Below, piece after piece: positions 20,545-29,646 of a DNA stretch of 64,000 nucleotides; the stretch's first letter is position 1, and every line of letters starts with the position of its first letter. Position numbers and translations under genes: made by a program. The notes under the pieces are model-generated. The model was not told the DNA's origin. It made no database searches and saw nothing but the letters and a program-made list of their open reading frames with translations. The stretch spans positions 672,001 through 736,000 of the forward strand of contig OZ242164.1 in assembly GCA_965205335.1 (NCBI GenBank), written 5' to 3'. This DNA is from Candidatus Woesearchaeota archaeon. GTDB taxonomy: Archaea; Nanobdellota; Nanobdellia; Woesearchaeales; UBA583.

Positions 20545-20681
20545 TTATTTTTAAATCTCATCTTTAATATATGTTTTTAATTTAGTTGAATAAACAAATA
20601 GAAAAATTGATATTTTTGTATCCTTTTCACTAAAAACTCACAGAAATTTTATATAATCTATATACCTCACATAATCTAAGA

Positions 20682-20996
20682 ATGGAAAAAATTCAAGTAA
20701 TAAAAACAGAAAATTACAGGAAATGTTATGAGAAATTAGATAAATCTATACAGAAACAAGTAGATAGACAAGAAAAAATCTTGATTAGTAGTGGTGGAAG
20801 AGGGAAACCACTTTACAAAAATATATTATTTGAAAGAAAATCAGAAAATTATAGAATATATTACTTAAAGAAAGATAATGATAAAATTATTTTAGTTTTT
20901 ATTTCAATTCATAAAAAAACAAACAAGAAAAGACAACAGGAAGACATTAATAAAATAATAAAATTGATGTTAGAAACTAATAATTTTCAACTGTAA
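20682..20996 (+). CDS. RelE/ParE-like toxin
   Basis: Basic 104-aa protein: KLDKSIQKQV...GKPL...ERK..NYRIYY. Confidence 0.7.
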   Translation: MEKIQVIKTENYRKCYEKLDKSIQKQVDRQEKILISSGGRGKPLYKNILFERKSENYRIYYLKKDNDKIILVFISIHKKTNKKRQQEDINKIIKLMLETNNFQL

Positions 20997-21120
20997 ATCT
21001 TCCTTCTTCAAAGTCATCTAATCCTTTTTTAATACCTTTTAAAACTTCTAATGTTTCTTTATCTGTCACTATGATGTCTTTTTCTGTTTCTATAACAACT
21101 CTATTTTTAGTTTTTTCCAC
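20977..21120 (-). CDS. Putative short antitoxin, possibly 5'-disrupted
   Basis: Manual translation from GTG: (V/M)EKTKNRVVIETEKDIIVTDKETLEVLKGIKKGLDDFEEGRFTVENY; IKKGLDDFEEGR resembles RelB/ParD C termini. Confidence 0.5.
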   Translation of the reverse strand: MEKTKNRVVIETEKDIIVTDKETLEVLKGIKKGLDDFEEGRFTVENY

Positions 21121-21310
21121 TTTCTAAATTTAGGAAACCCAAATTAATTGTCCCATGTTTAAAAAACAGTCACCCTTTCACTTGGACTTATTTCCTTAAT
21201 ATATTTTAATTAGTTTATAATTTATAAAATTATCTAATCTCCAAAAATGAAAGCATGTTTTGAAATAAATTAATAAACCAACAATAATTGTAAATCTTCC
21301 TTCTTTAAAG

Positions 21311-22357
21311 TTATTCAATCTTCTCAACAACTTCATACTCAATTCTCTCAAGAACACAAAAATCCGTCTGATAAGTATATGCTCCGCAATTTAAAAACGT
21401 AAGTACATCACCAACCTTGGGATTTTTCAAATAAACCCGATACCTTAAAATATCAGCAGAATCAGGAGTACAGCCCTTTATAACAAAAGGACTTCCCGAA
21501 CTCTTATCAATTTCCTCCTCCACAATCAACTTAACATTTGCAACTATCGTATCAAGCATCCCATTAAACACAGAAACATTAACAAAACAGGTATTATCAT
21601 AAACTGTAATAACCCTGCACTTCAACCTCACAGAAGGAGCGGCAATAAATCTCCCTGGTTCTATCACCAATTTTATCCCAAAATTATCAGTATAATCCCT
21701 TAACTCTTTAATCTTTGAAAAAATAGAATCCAATTCATTATCATGGGAATTCACATACTTTGCAGGAAGACCACCTCCTAAATTAATAACATCAATCTTT
21801 GAAAGATAATCATCGCCTAAACTCTGTTCAACTTCTTCTCTAAGATTCCACTCAGACACATTCTGAGTTTTTCTGTGAAAATGAACTCCAAGACTGACAA
21901 TCATATCATTCCCACTTAACGTATCTATCCACTTTTTAATCTCCTCTGTTCTCATCCCAAACACATAATGCCTGCCCGTAAAAATAGAATTCTCTCTTAA
22001 CTTCATCCTCAAAAGCAAATTTATCTTAATATTCTTCTCAGTCACAAAATCAATCAACTCATCCAAAACAATTGGATTATCAACCACAAAATTTCTAATA
22101 CCACAATTAATCAAAACCTCTTCCAACTCATTATCATGCATCTGCGTGGGAAAATACCAAACCTTACTCTTATCCTTTACCTGTTGCAATTCATTAACCC
22201 CACAAACACTAATATAACAAGTCTCGCTCTCATTTAAAATCTCACCAATCTTTGGATTAGTTTTCCACGAATAAGAAACCTCATCAAAAATTTCTTTTAA
22301 AATTTCAACCTGACTAAATACTTTTGATTTCTCAATTATAAATTTAGGTTTATCCAT
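21311..22357 (-). CDS. PLP-dependent group IV (ornithine/arginine/DAP-type) decarboxylase
   Basis: YSWKTNP (PLP Lys), HFH, NLGGG, IEPGRF, GAY. Confidence 0.88.
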   Translation of the reverse strand: MDKPKFIIEKSKVFSQVEILKEIFDEVSYSWKTNPKIGEILNESETCYISVCGVNELQQVKDKSKVWYFPTQMHDNELEEVLINCGIRNFVVDNPIVLDELIDFVTEKNIKINLLLRMKLRENSIFTGRHYVFGMRTEEIKKWIDTLSGNDMIVSLGVHFHRKTQNVSEWNLREEVEQSLGDDYLSKIDVINLGGGLPAKYVNSHDNELDSIFSKIKELRDYTDNFGIKLVIEPGRFIAAPSVRLKCRVITVYDNTCFVNVSVFNGMLDTIVANVKLIVEEEIDKSSGSPFVIKGCTPDSADILRYRVYLKNPKVGDVLTFLNCGAYTYQTDFCVLERIEYEVVEKIE

Positions 22358-22358
22358 C

Positions 22359-23297
22359 TTAAATTAGTTTTTCATCACTCAGAATTTCCATTGCAAGACT
22401 CATCGCAAGTGGAAAAACAATTGAAACCTCTCCATTAACAGTAACCGCATCACTCTCATCTTTAATCTTCCCCCACGATTTCGCTTCAGAAGTTGTAGCC
22501 CCAGACAAAGACCCTGAAGATGATTTAGCAGTAGTCATATACACCGCATACTCTGCTCCCCCATTTAAAAGAGTTGATAAAATCGCATGATGTTTTGAAA
22601 TTGAACCTCCAAGACAAATCACTCCTTTCTTATCATTATGGTCTGTTGATAAAACAATATTCTTAAAATCCTTCACAACATCAACTATAAAATCAGGATT
22701 CTCTTCCTGAAACAAATAAAGATGAAACCCGAACGCTCCGTCCGTTATTGCAGGACAGAAAATCGGAATATTTTTCTTAGCCGCCTGATACAAAATGGAA
22801 TTCTCATCATTTAAAATCAAACCAATCTCCCTGAAAATCTCAGAAGGAGTCCACCTCTTCTTTATCCCATATAACTTCTTTAAAATTGGTTTAAGTTTAT
22901 CCTCCAATTTCAGATATGACTGATTATCAATTAAAATATTTCCTACACGATTTAAACCTCTCTCATAATTCTCATAATCATCCGAATTAAAATTTCCAAG
23001 TAAAAACTTCTCACCACCTGCTTTCATAATATCTTCCTCAATACCTCCAATTGTTGTAACACATATTTGAGCAAGTCCCTTCTCTATCACCTGTGCAAAA
23101 AACCCTCTAAGTCCAGAAGTTACCATATTTGAAGTAAAAGTCAAAAATACTTTCACACCCTCTCTTTTCATCTTGGCTATCACATAAGCTGCCTTCTTCT
23201 GTTCCGTTGACTGATAACCAATACTGCCCAGACTGTCAGCAAAATCTTTAACACTCATTCCCTTTTCCCATTTAAAATCTTTAACATACTCAACCAT
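22359..23297 (-). CDS. dys: Deoxyhypusine synthase (or homospermidine-synthase-like paralog)
   Basis: TSNMVTSGLR, GGIEED, NRVGN, PAITDG, GSLSGA, EAKSWGK with catalytic Lys. Confidence 0.92.
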   Translation of the reverse strand: MVEYVKDFKWEKGMSVKDFADSLGSIGYQSTEQKKAAYVIAKMKREGVKVFLTFTSNMVTSGLRGFFAQVIEKGLAQICVTTIGGIEEDIMKAGGEKFLLGNFNSDDYENYERGLNRVGNILIDNQSYLKLEDKLKPILKKLYGIKKRWTPSEIFREIGLILNDENSILYQAAKKNIPIFCPAITDGAFGFHLYLFQEENPDFIVDVVKDFKNIVLSTDHNDKKGVICLGGSISKHHAILSTLLNGGAEYAVYMTTAKSSSGSLSGATTSEAKSWGKIKDESDAVTVNGEVSIVFPLAMSLAMEILSDEKLI

Positions 23298-23413
23298 TTT
23301 TATTTAGAATTATTAAAAAATAATAAGAACTAAGTTTAGACATTCCATCTAAAATTAAAAGCCGAATAACCTTTGTTTAGAGAACTTAGTTTATACATAA
23401 CAAAAGAAAACAA

Positions 23414-24154
23414 TCACTTCTTTAAAAAAGTTTCAATTAATTTTAAAACATTTCTTTGGGTAATCTCATCCTTATCCTTTTCAATATAAAACTCACCAAT
23501 ATCAGCAGATTTAACCTTTGGAAGAATTATTTTAACAAACTCTATAAGTTCATTAATTCTCAGTCCGCACCATTCACTATAATAAGTTGCGGGAGCATCA
23601 TCAGGATCAAGCACATCAACATCAATGCTTAAATAAATCTCTTCTCGTATTCCTCTTAGAATTTCTTTTATTTTCTCTGCATCTCTTAAAATATCACTAA
23701 TTGTATAAAAATTAACTCTCTTCTCAGTTAAATATTCAAACTCAGTTCGGGAAAAAGTTCTAATCCCAAACAAGTAAATGTTTTGGGGACTTGTAAATCC
23801 ATTATCAATTAAATTTCTTAAATAATCCTCATGAGAGACAACATCTGTTGATACTTCACAATCGGGATGTGCATCAAAAACAACAAGTTTGCAGCTTTTA
23901 TTCTCTTTGGAAAAAGCCTTAATCAAAGGATATGAATTAGAATGATCTCCTATTACTGAAAGAACAAACTCATTTCTGTACTTGTCAAAAGCACTCTCAA
24001 TTAAAGAATTTGTTTTAACCATATCATTTTTAAAAACAGAAACAAGTTCTTTATTCTCATATTCAGTTAATTCATACAAACGGGAAACAGACTTATCATC
24101 ATGCTCTTGTATATACAAATGCCCATTCCAGTTTGAAATAAATAATAATTGCAT
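23414..24154 (-). CDS. Arginase/agmatinase-family ureohydrolase
   Basis: GDHS, FDAHPD, GIR, SIDVDVLDP metal-binding motifs. Confidence 0.88.
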   Translation of the reverse strand: MQLLFISNWNGHLYIQEHDDKSVSRLYELTEYENKELVSVFKNDMVKTNSLIESAFDKYRNEFVLSVIGDHSNSYPLIKAFSKENKSCKLVVFDAHPDCEVSTDVVSHEDYLRNLIDNGFTSPQNIYLFGIRTFSRTEFEYLTEKRVNFYTISDILRDAEKIKEILRGIREEIYLSIDVDVLDPDDAPATYYSEWCGLRINELIEFVKIILPKVKSADIGEFYIEKDKDEITQRNVLKLIETFLKK

Positions 24155-24233
24155 TGTATATGAAAGTAAATTGCCATTTAAAAATATAATTAAATTCCTT
24201 AAACATATAATCAGATGGAATATTACAAAAATC

Positions 24234-25847
24234 TTATTTCATCTCCTCTTTAAATTTCATATCTCTTTTTTTGCGGTTATAACTAATAACAAAATTATGG
24301 GCACTGTCACGAACTCTTCTTAAAAATAACATCATCTGTGAATTATCATCAAAAATTAAAGGTTTGTTTAATTGAGGTTTGTAAATTTCATTTTTATCTC
24401 TCATCTTCCCCTTGCTTATTGAAATAATATCTATCTTATCTGTTAAACCTAATTTATGAAGAGATTTCAAAGCAGAATTAAGTTGTCCCAAACCCCCATC
24501 AATAATAATCAAATCAGGAAGTTTTGATTCCTCATCAATTAATCTCTTGTATCTTCTGTAAATAACTTCTCTCATTGCTCTCACATCATCATTTTTTCTC
24601 CTAAAAGACTTAATCTCGAATTTCCGATACCCTTCCTTATCCTCAACCTGATTAACAAACCTGACCATCCCCCCAACTAAAAAATCATACGAAAGATTTG
24701 ACATATCAAAACACTCAATTATATTGGGAACTCTTTTTAAGTTGAGTTCTTTTTTTAAAACATTTAAAACATTCTTTTTGCCAAGAGTCTCTTTTGCATT
24801 AGAATCAGCAAGTTTGGACAGTTTCAATTTCTCTCCTCTTTGGGGCTTAGTTAAAATACACTTACTGCCTTTAATCTTTGATAAATAATTTTCCAAAATT
24901 TCCTTCTCTTCCTCATTTTCCCAGAAATCAATATTTACAATAATTTCATAAGGAGCATAATTTGAAGAATAATACATTTTAATAAACGACTCAAACAAAT
25001 CATCATCATACTCAAATTTAAAATCCTTCTTCCCTGAAATAACTCCTTGATTAATATTAAATAAAGTAATCACACAATCATTTGAGTTCTCATCACAAAC
25101 TAAGGAGATAACATCCTGATTGTATTTCTTAACAAGTTCAATACTCTGCTTTTCATTAAGAGACAAAATTGCCTCAATCTGATTTTTTATCAAAAGGGCT
25201 TTTTCAAATTCAGAATTATCTGATGCAATTCTCATTTGGGTTTTAAGACGATTTAAAACAGACTTTGTGTTTTTCCCCTTCAAAAACAATTTAGCCTCCC
25301 AAACAGATTTAAGATAATCATCTCTGTTAATTTTATCAATGCTTGGGGCAGGGGCAAGTCCGATTTCATAATTCAGTTTGGATTTAGTTGAATAAGTTTT
25401 ATTAGTTACAAGTTTAAAAATCCGAACAGTTAAATCAAATAGTTCTCTTCTGATTGAGCCATCCGTAAAAGGTCCAAAGTATTCTCCGTCATCTGTGATT
25501 TTTCTTGCAAACATAACCTTTGGAATTTTCTCATCTGTGATTTTTATGTGTGCGTAAGTCTTGGAATCCTTCAAGAAAATATTATACTTAGGTTTGTGCT
25601 TTTTTATAAGTTTATTTTCCAAGATAAGAGCCTCAACTTCTGAATTAACAATTATGTATTCAACATCAGAAATATTTTTAACAAGAAATTTTGTCTTGGG
25701 GGAACTATCATGCCTTGATGTAAAATATGAACCAATTCTGTTTTTAAGATTCTTTGCCTTTCCTATGTAAATAGTATTATTTCTTGAATCTTTGAAAATA
25801 TAAACCCCACATTTACTTGGAAAAGAACTTCTTGAAAACTTATACAT
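24234..25847 (-). CDS. uvrC: Excinuclease ABC subunit C
   Basis: GIY-YIG (GVYIF...YIGKAKNL), EALILE, ECFDMS, DLIIIDGG, RDSAH; no C-terminal HhH visible. Confidence 0.93.
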   Translation of the reverse strand: MYKFSRSSFPSKCGVYIFKDSRNNTIYIGKAKNLKNRIGSYFTSRHDSSPKTKFLVKNISDVEYIIVNSEVEALILENKLIKKHKPKYNIFLKDSKTYAHIKITDEKIPKVMFARKITDDGEYFGPFTDGSIRRELFDLTVRIFKLVTNKTYSTKSKLNYEIGLAPAPSIDKINRDDYLKSVWEAKLFLKGKNTKSVLNRLKTQMRIASDNSEFEKALLIKNQIEAILSLNEKQSIELVKKYNQDVISLVCDENSNDCVITLFNINQGVISGKKDFKFEYDDDLFESFIKMYYSSNYAPYEIIVNIDFWENEEEKEILENYLSKIKGSKCILTKPQRGEKLKLSKLADSNAKETLGKKNVLNVLKKELNLKRVPNIIECFDMSNLSYDFLVGGMVRFVNQVEDKEGYRKFEIKSFRRKNDDVRAMREVIYRRYKRLIDEESKLPDLIIIDGGLGQLNSALKSLHKLGLTDKIDIISISKGKMRDKNEIYKPQLNKPLIFDDNSQMMLFLRRVRDSAHNFVISYNRKKRDMKFKEEMK

Positions 25848-26010
25848 ACAAATAACTAAAATTCCAATATTAAAAAGTTTTTGCGAAATGAATTATTAAA
25901 CTCTGTGGTTTATATTCATAGTTGAAAAGAAGAAAATTAATTAAAAGAGAAGATATTTTTAATTATAAATGAAGAAAGATAAAAGTAAAAAACACAAATA
26001 ACAAACTCTC

Positions 26011-27171
26011 TTAATCAAACCTTTTTGACCACATCTCCTTTGCAAGTTTTCCTGTCCGCATATATTTATCAAGCAGATTCTTTCTCTTTGCCTCTTTCTT
26101 CCTTTTATTATGCTCCTTTAAAGAAGAATTTACTTTACCAATTAAAATCTCCTTCATTTCTCCTGATAACAACTCCCCTTTCTCATAACTCTTTTTAATC
26201 CTCTTAATCTCATCATCATCTTCCTCAAACAAACTATACAGCCACTGATACGAAACATCAACACTGCAATCCCCTCCTTTCTTTCTGTGCTCCTCAACAG
26301 TCTCCCTGCCACCTGAAAACGCATACTTGTTAACCTTCCTCTTAACAATCTCTGGCTCATCAGTTAAAAGAATTGCCTTATCTGGCTCACTTGCAGACAT
26401 TTTCCCATCAGGACCTGTAAGTGCTGTTAAAAACCTTGACAAAACAGTGCAGTTCTTCTTATACCCTAACTTCTGGGCAAAATCTCTCTGAAGCATAAAA
26501 TAAGGATTCTGATCAATCCCGCAGGGAATTAAACAATACCCCCTCTCAAAAAAAGTCGGAACAATCTGCAAAGCAACATAACCAATCATCCCCACATTTG
26601 AATCATTTGTAAACCCAAAAGTATTCCTGACCTGAGAAAAAGTCAATTTCTTTGCAACTCTCATATACAAAGGATACATCTGAGAAATAAACAGGGTATT
26701 TCTAAAAATAAAAGTCTTGTTAGGATTAAACCCAAGTGCTGCTATATCATCCAAATCAGACTCAGTCATCTCATCTATTTCCTCTCTCTTCAAATCCTTC
26801 TTAAAAAGAAACTTCTCATCATCTGGAATCTGAATATACAAATTACAGTCAAACAAATCCTGAACATACTTCGTAAACCAAAAAGGAATCAAATGAGCAA
26901 TATGCATAGACCCTCCCGGTGCTCTTCCAGTATAAAGAAAAATCCTCTCGCCTTTTTTATGAGAACTAATAATCTTATCCAAATCTATTTGGGCGAAAAA
27001 CAAATTCCGTCTTAAAAAAATATGAAGTTTCATCCCCTTCTTTTTTGCAAGTTCCTCTAAATACTTCTTCTGAGAAGATGTAATCTCCGATACCCCAAAC
27101 TCACGAATTAACTTACCATAATCAACTTTCCCCAAAACACTCCATGGCGTTACTTTCGCATCCTTACCCAT
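26011..27171 (-). CDS. trpS: Tryptophanyl-tRNA synthetase (archaeal/eukaryotic type)
   Basis: VTPW, YTGRAP, HIAH, GIDQ, KMSAS, YAFSGG. Confidence 0.96.
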   Translation of the reverse strand: MGKDAKVTPWSVLGKVDYGKLIREFGVSEITSSQKKYLEELAKKKGMKLHIFLRRNLFFAQIDLDKIISSHKKGERIFLYTGRAPGGSMHIAHLIPFWFTKYVQDLFDCNLYIQIPDDEKFLFKKDLKREEIDEMTESDLDDIAALGFNPNKTFIFRNTLFISQMYPLYMRVAKKLTFSQVRNTFGFTNDSNVGMIGYVALQIVPTFFERGYCLIPCGIDQNPYFMLQRDFAQKLGYKKNCTVLSRFLTALTGPDGKMSASEPDKAILLTDEPEIVKRKVNKYAFSGGRETVEEHRKKGGDCSVDVSYQWLYSLFEEDDDEIKRIKKSYEKGELLSGEMKEILIGKVNSSLKEHNKRKKEAKRKNLLDKYMRTGKLAKEMWSKRFD

Positions 27172-27284
27172 ACTAATATTGGGAAACAACTAATTTATAA
27201 ACATTTAGTTCCATCCTCCTTGCAGATTTGTAATTTCTAAACAGTACGGAAAAATTTATTAACTCCTATTAACATTAAATATTT

Positions 27285-28757
27285 ATGAAAGTCTTAATTC
27301 TTAGCGGACCATTAGAACAAGAATTAGATTACGACCCCAGAAGACTATTTTTAGAAGAATGTGGTTTATCTGGTGCTATAAATATCCCTGATGCATCAAT
27401 AATTGTTAACCATATGGCTAAAATTCAATCCCATAGAGGAGAGGAGGGGATGGGTCTTTCCGCAATTAACGGAAGAAGATTAAGATTAGAAAAAAGGGAC
27501 AGACCACCAAGCAATGCATTTGATGATGACTTCCTAAAAGAAAAACTACAGGGAAAATTGGCAATAGCCCATGGGAGATACTCAACATCAGGCTCAGATA
27601 ACTCAAAGAAGAACCTGCAACCCCTTAGATACGAAAATAAATTTGGAGAAATGGCAATTGCCCACAACGGAAATTTGGTTAATATCAAACCAACAAGAGA
27701 CAGATTAATGAACGAAGGTGTGAATTTTAGATCTGCAACGGATACAGAAGTCATAGCCCATTTAATTGCAAGATCCCCCAAACCCAATCTAGAAGAGGCA
27801 ATAATTGAATCACTGTCTCATGTGGAGGCGGCTTATTCTTTTTTGATTTTAACACCTGACAGATTGTATGCCATAAAAGACAGATTTGGAATCAGACCCT
27901 TGGTTTACGCCCAATATAATGGTGGACACATTGTTGCATCTGAGGATTTTGCCTTTTCCCAATTTGAGAATGTAAGCAATGTAACCGAAGTTGAACCTGG
28001 TGAAACGATAATATTTGAAAGAGATTCAAAAGATGTAAAAAGAATTCAATATAGTAAAAAACCAGACGAGAGATTTTGTATCTTTGAGGCTTTTTACTTT
28101 GCGGACCCTTCAACAAGACACAGAAGATTCTTTCATGAAGAATTCAGAAGAGAAGCAGGAACAGAAATAGCAAGACAGGACCCCTCTATTGCAAACCGAT
28201 ATGACGTTGTCGTTCCTGTTTTGGATTCTGGGAAGAACGCCGCCTTTGGATTCTGGGAAGAAACAAGAATTCCATACAGAGAAATCTTAAAAAGAAATAG
28301 TTTCTATGCAAAAGATAAAAGAAGATCCTTTATAGCTCCAACCCTGCAAGAGAGAGAATCCATAATAAAAAGGAAGTTCTTTCTAAGAAGGGATTTAGTT
28401 AGAGACAGAAGAGTCTTACTTGTGGATGATTCAATTGTTCGCTCTACAACCGCAAAAACATTAGTTAATTGGGTTAAAGGAGCAGGAGCAAAATCTGTTG
28501 GCATTGCGATAGCATCCCCTCCTATCAAATATATCTGTCCTAATGGGATTGACTTTCAAAACAAAAATGAAATAGTTGCATCATATATGAGTATTGAAGA
28601 AATTAGAAAAGAAATAGATGCAGATGAACTAATATATTTAGAATACGAAAGACTTCATGGTTTGGTTCAAAGAACCTATGGTTGTGGAATTTGCGATGGA
28701 TGTTTTAGCGGAAATTATCCTGTACAACCTCATACCTCTTATGTTAGATTGTGTTAA
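27285..28757 (+). CDS. purF: Amidophosphoribosyltransferase
   Basis: EECG Ntn cysteine, QSHRG, HGRYST, HNGNL, VDDSIVR, Fe-S Cys motifs CIFE, CPNGID, CDGCF. Confidence 0.93.
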   Translation: MKVLILSGPLEQELDYDPRRLFLEECGLSGAINIPDASIIVNHMAKIQSHRGEEGMGLSAINGRRLRLEKRDRPPSNAFDDDFLKEKLQGKLAIAHGRYSTSGSDNSKKNLQPLRYENKFGEMAIAHNGNLVNIKPTRDRLMNEGVNFRSATDTEVIAHLIARSPKPNLEEAIIESLSHVEAAYSFLILTPDRLYAIKDRFGIRPLVYAQYNGGHIVASEDFAFSQFENVSNVTEVEPGETIIFERDSKDVKRIQYSKKPDERFCIFEAFYFADPSTRHRRFFHEEFRREAGTEIARQDPSIANRYDVVVPVLDSGKNAAFGFWEETRIPYREILKRNSFYAKDKRRSFIAPTLQERESIIKRKFFLRRDLVRDRRVLLVDDSIVRSTTAKTLVNWVKGAGAKSVGIAIASPPIKYICPNGIDFQNKNEIVASYMSIEEIRKEIDADELIYLEYERLHGLVQRTYGCGICDGCFSGNYPVQPHTSYVRLC

Positions 28758-28940
28758 TACAAACATTGCGAATATCAAATTCATAAGAAATACACCCAAT
28801 CCTAAATCTCGAACTTATTAAAATAAAACTACTGAATCTTGGAAATCTGATGAAGATACTCCTTAAACAAATTAATTACCTCAGATGGACTAGTCCAAGC
28901 AAACATAAAGATTATAAATAGATAGTTGACTACTTTCAAT

Positions 28941-29537
28941 ATGATAAAAAAATTAAAACAAGGAATCGTGGGAATATTGCTTGCTTCTGGCATATCTGCT
29001 TGTGGATATACAAATTATGATCCTGCCCTTACTGAGACATCAAGTATTAACAATGCATATACAGAAGAAGGAACATCAAAGCACTTAGGATTTATCCCCA
29101 TAAAAGACGACTTATTCGGATGTCATATTGGCTCTGGAACTTTTCCAGATATCTACAGGGATTCTGTTAATAGTGAACTGGAAATCCCGTCCAAAAGCAC
29201 ACCTCACATCATTCCACTTCCCAAAGTGACCGAAGGATTAAAAAATTATAAGTCCATAGGAATACTAAAACCTGAACAGATAATGGAACTTATAGAATTA
29301 GAAAATTTGAGATCAAGTATTGATAATTATATTAATTCCACACAAAAAATAACTAATGACCTTGAGGAGGCATTGGATAGAAAATACAATGTAGAATTTA
29401 TTCATTTTCTAGAACTATTAGAAAATTACTTAAGAGAAAATAATGAGATGATGCGTTATATACATGGTTTAGACGAATGTATCCTAGATATATACAAAGA
29501 AATTTCTTCTCAGAGAAACAAGAAATTCCATTATTGA
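28941..29537 (+). CDS. Putative lipoprotein
   Basis: MIKKLKQGIVGILLASGISAC lipobox-like signal. Confidence 0.55.
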   Translation: MIKKLKQGIVGILLASGISACGYTNYDPALTETSSINNAYTEEGTSKHLGFIPIKDDLFGCHIGSGTFPDIYRDSVNSELEIPSKSTPHIIPLPKVTEGLKNYKSIGILKPEQIMELIELENLRSSIDNYINSTQKITNDLEEALDRKYNVEFIHFLELLENYLRENNEMMRYIHGLDECILDIYKEISSQRNKKFHY

Positions 29538-29646
29538 CATCTAAATAAATTGATTATAGTTCCTTCAATCTCTTTCTAGTTTATTAGCATACATTAGTTC
29601 AATACAATTATTTTTAAAACTTTCTTCTGACATATCCCAGAGAAAA

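Noticed and set aside
24234-24320. UvrC ends without a helix-hairpin-helix domain
   Set aside because: Clean stop and intact catalytic motifs; shortened UvrC variants are plausible and no frameshift is evident
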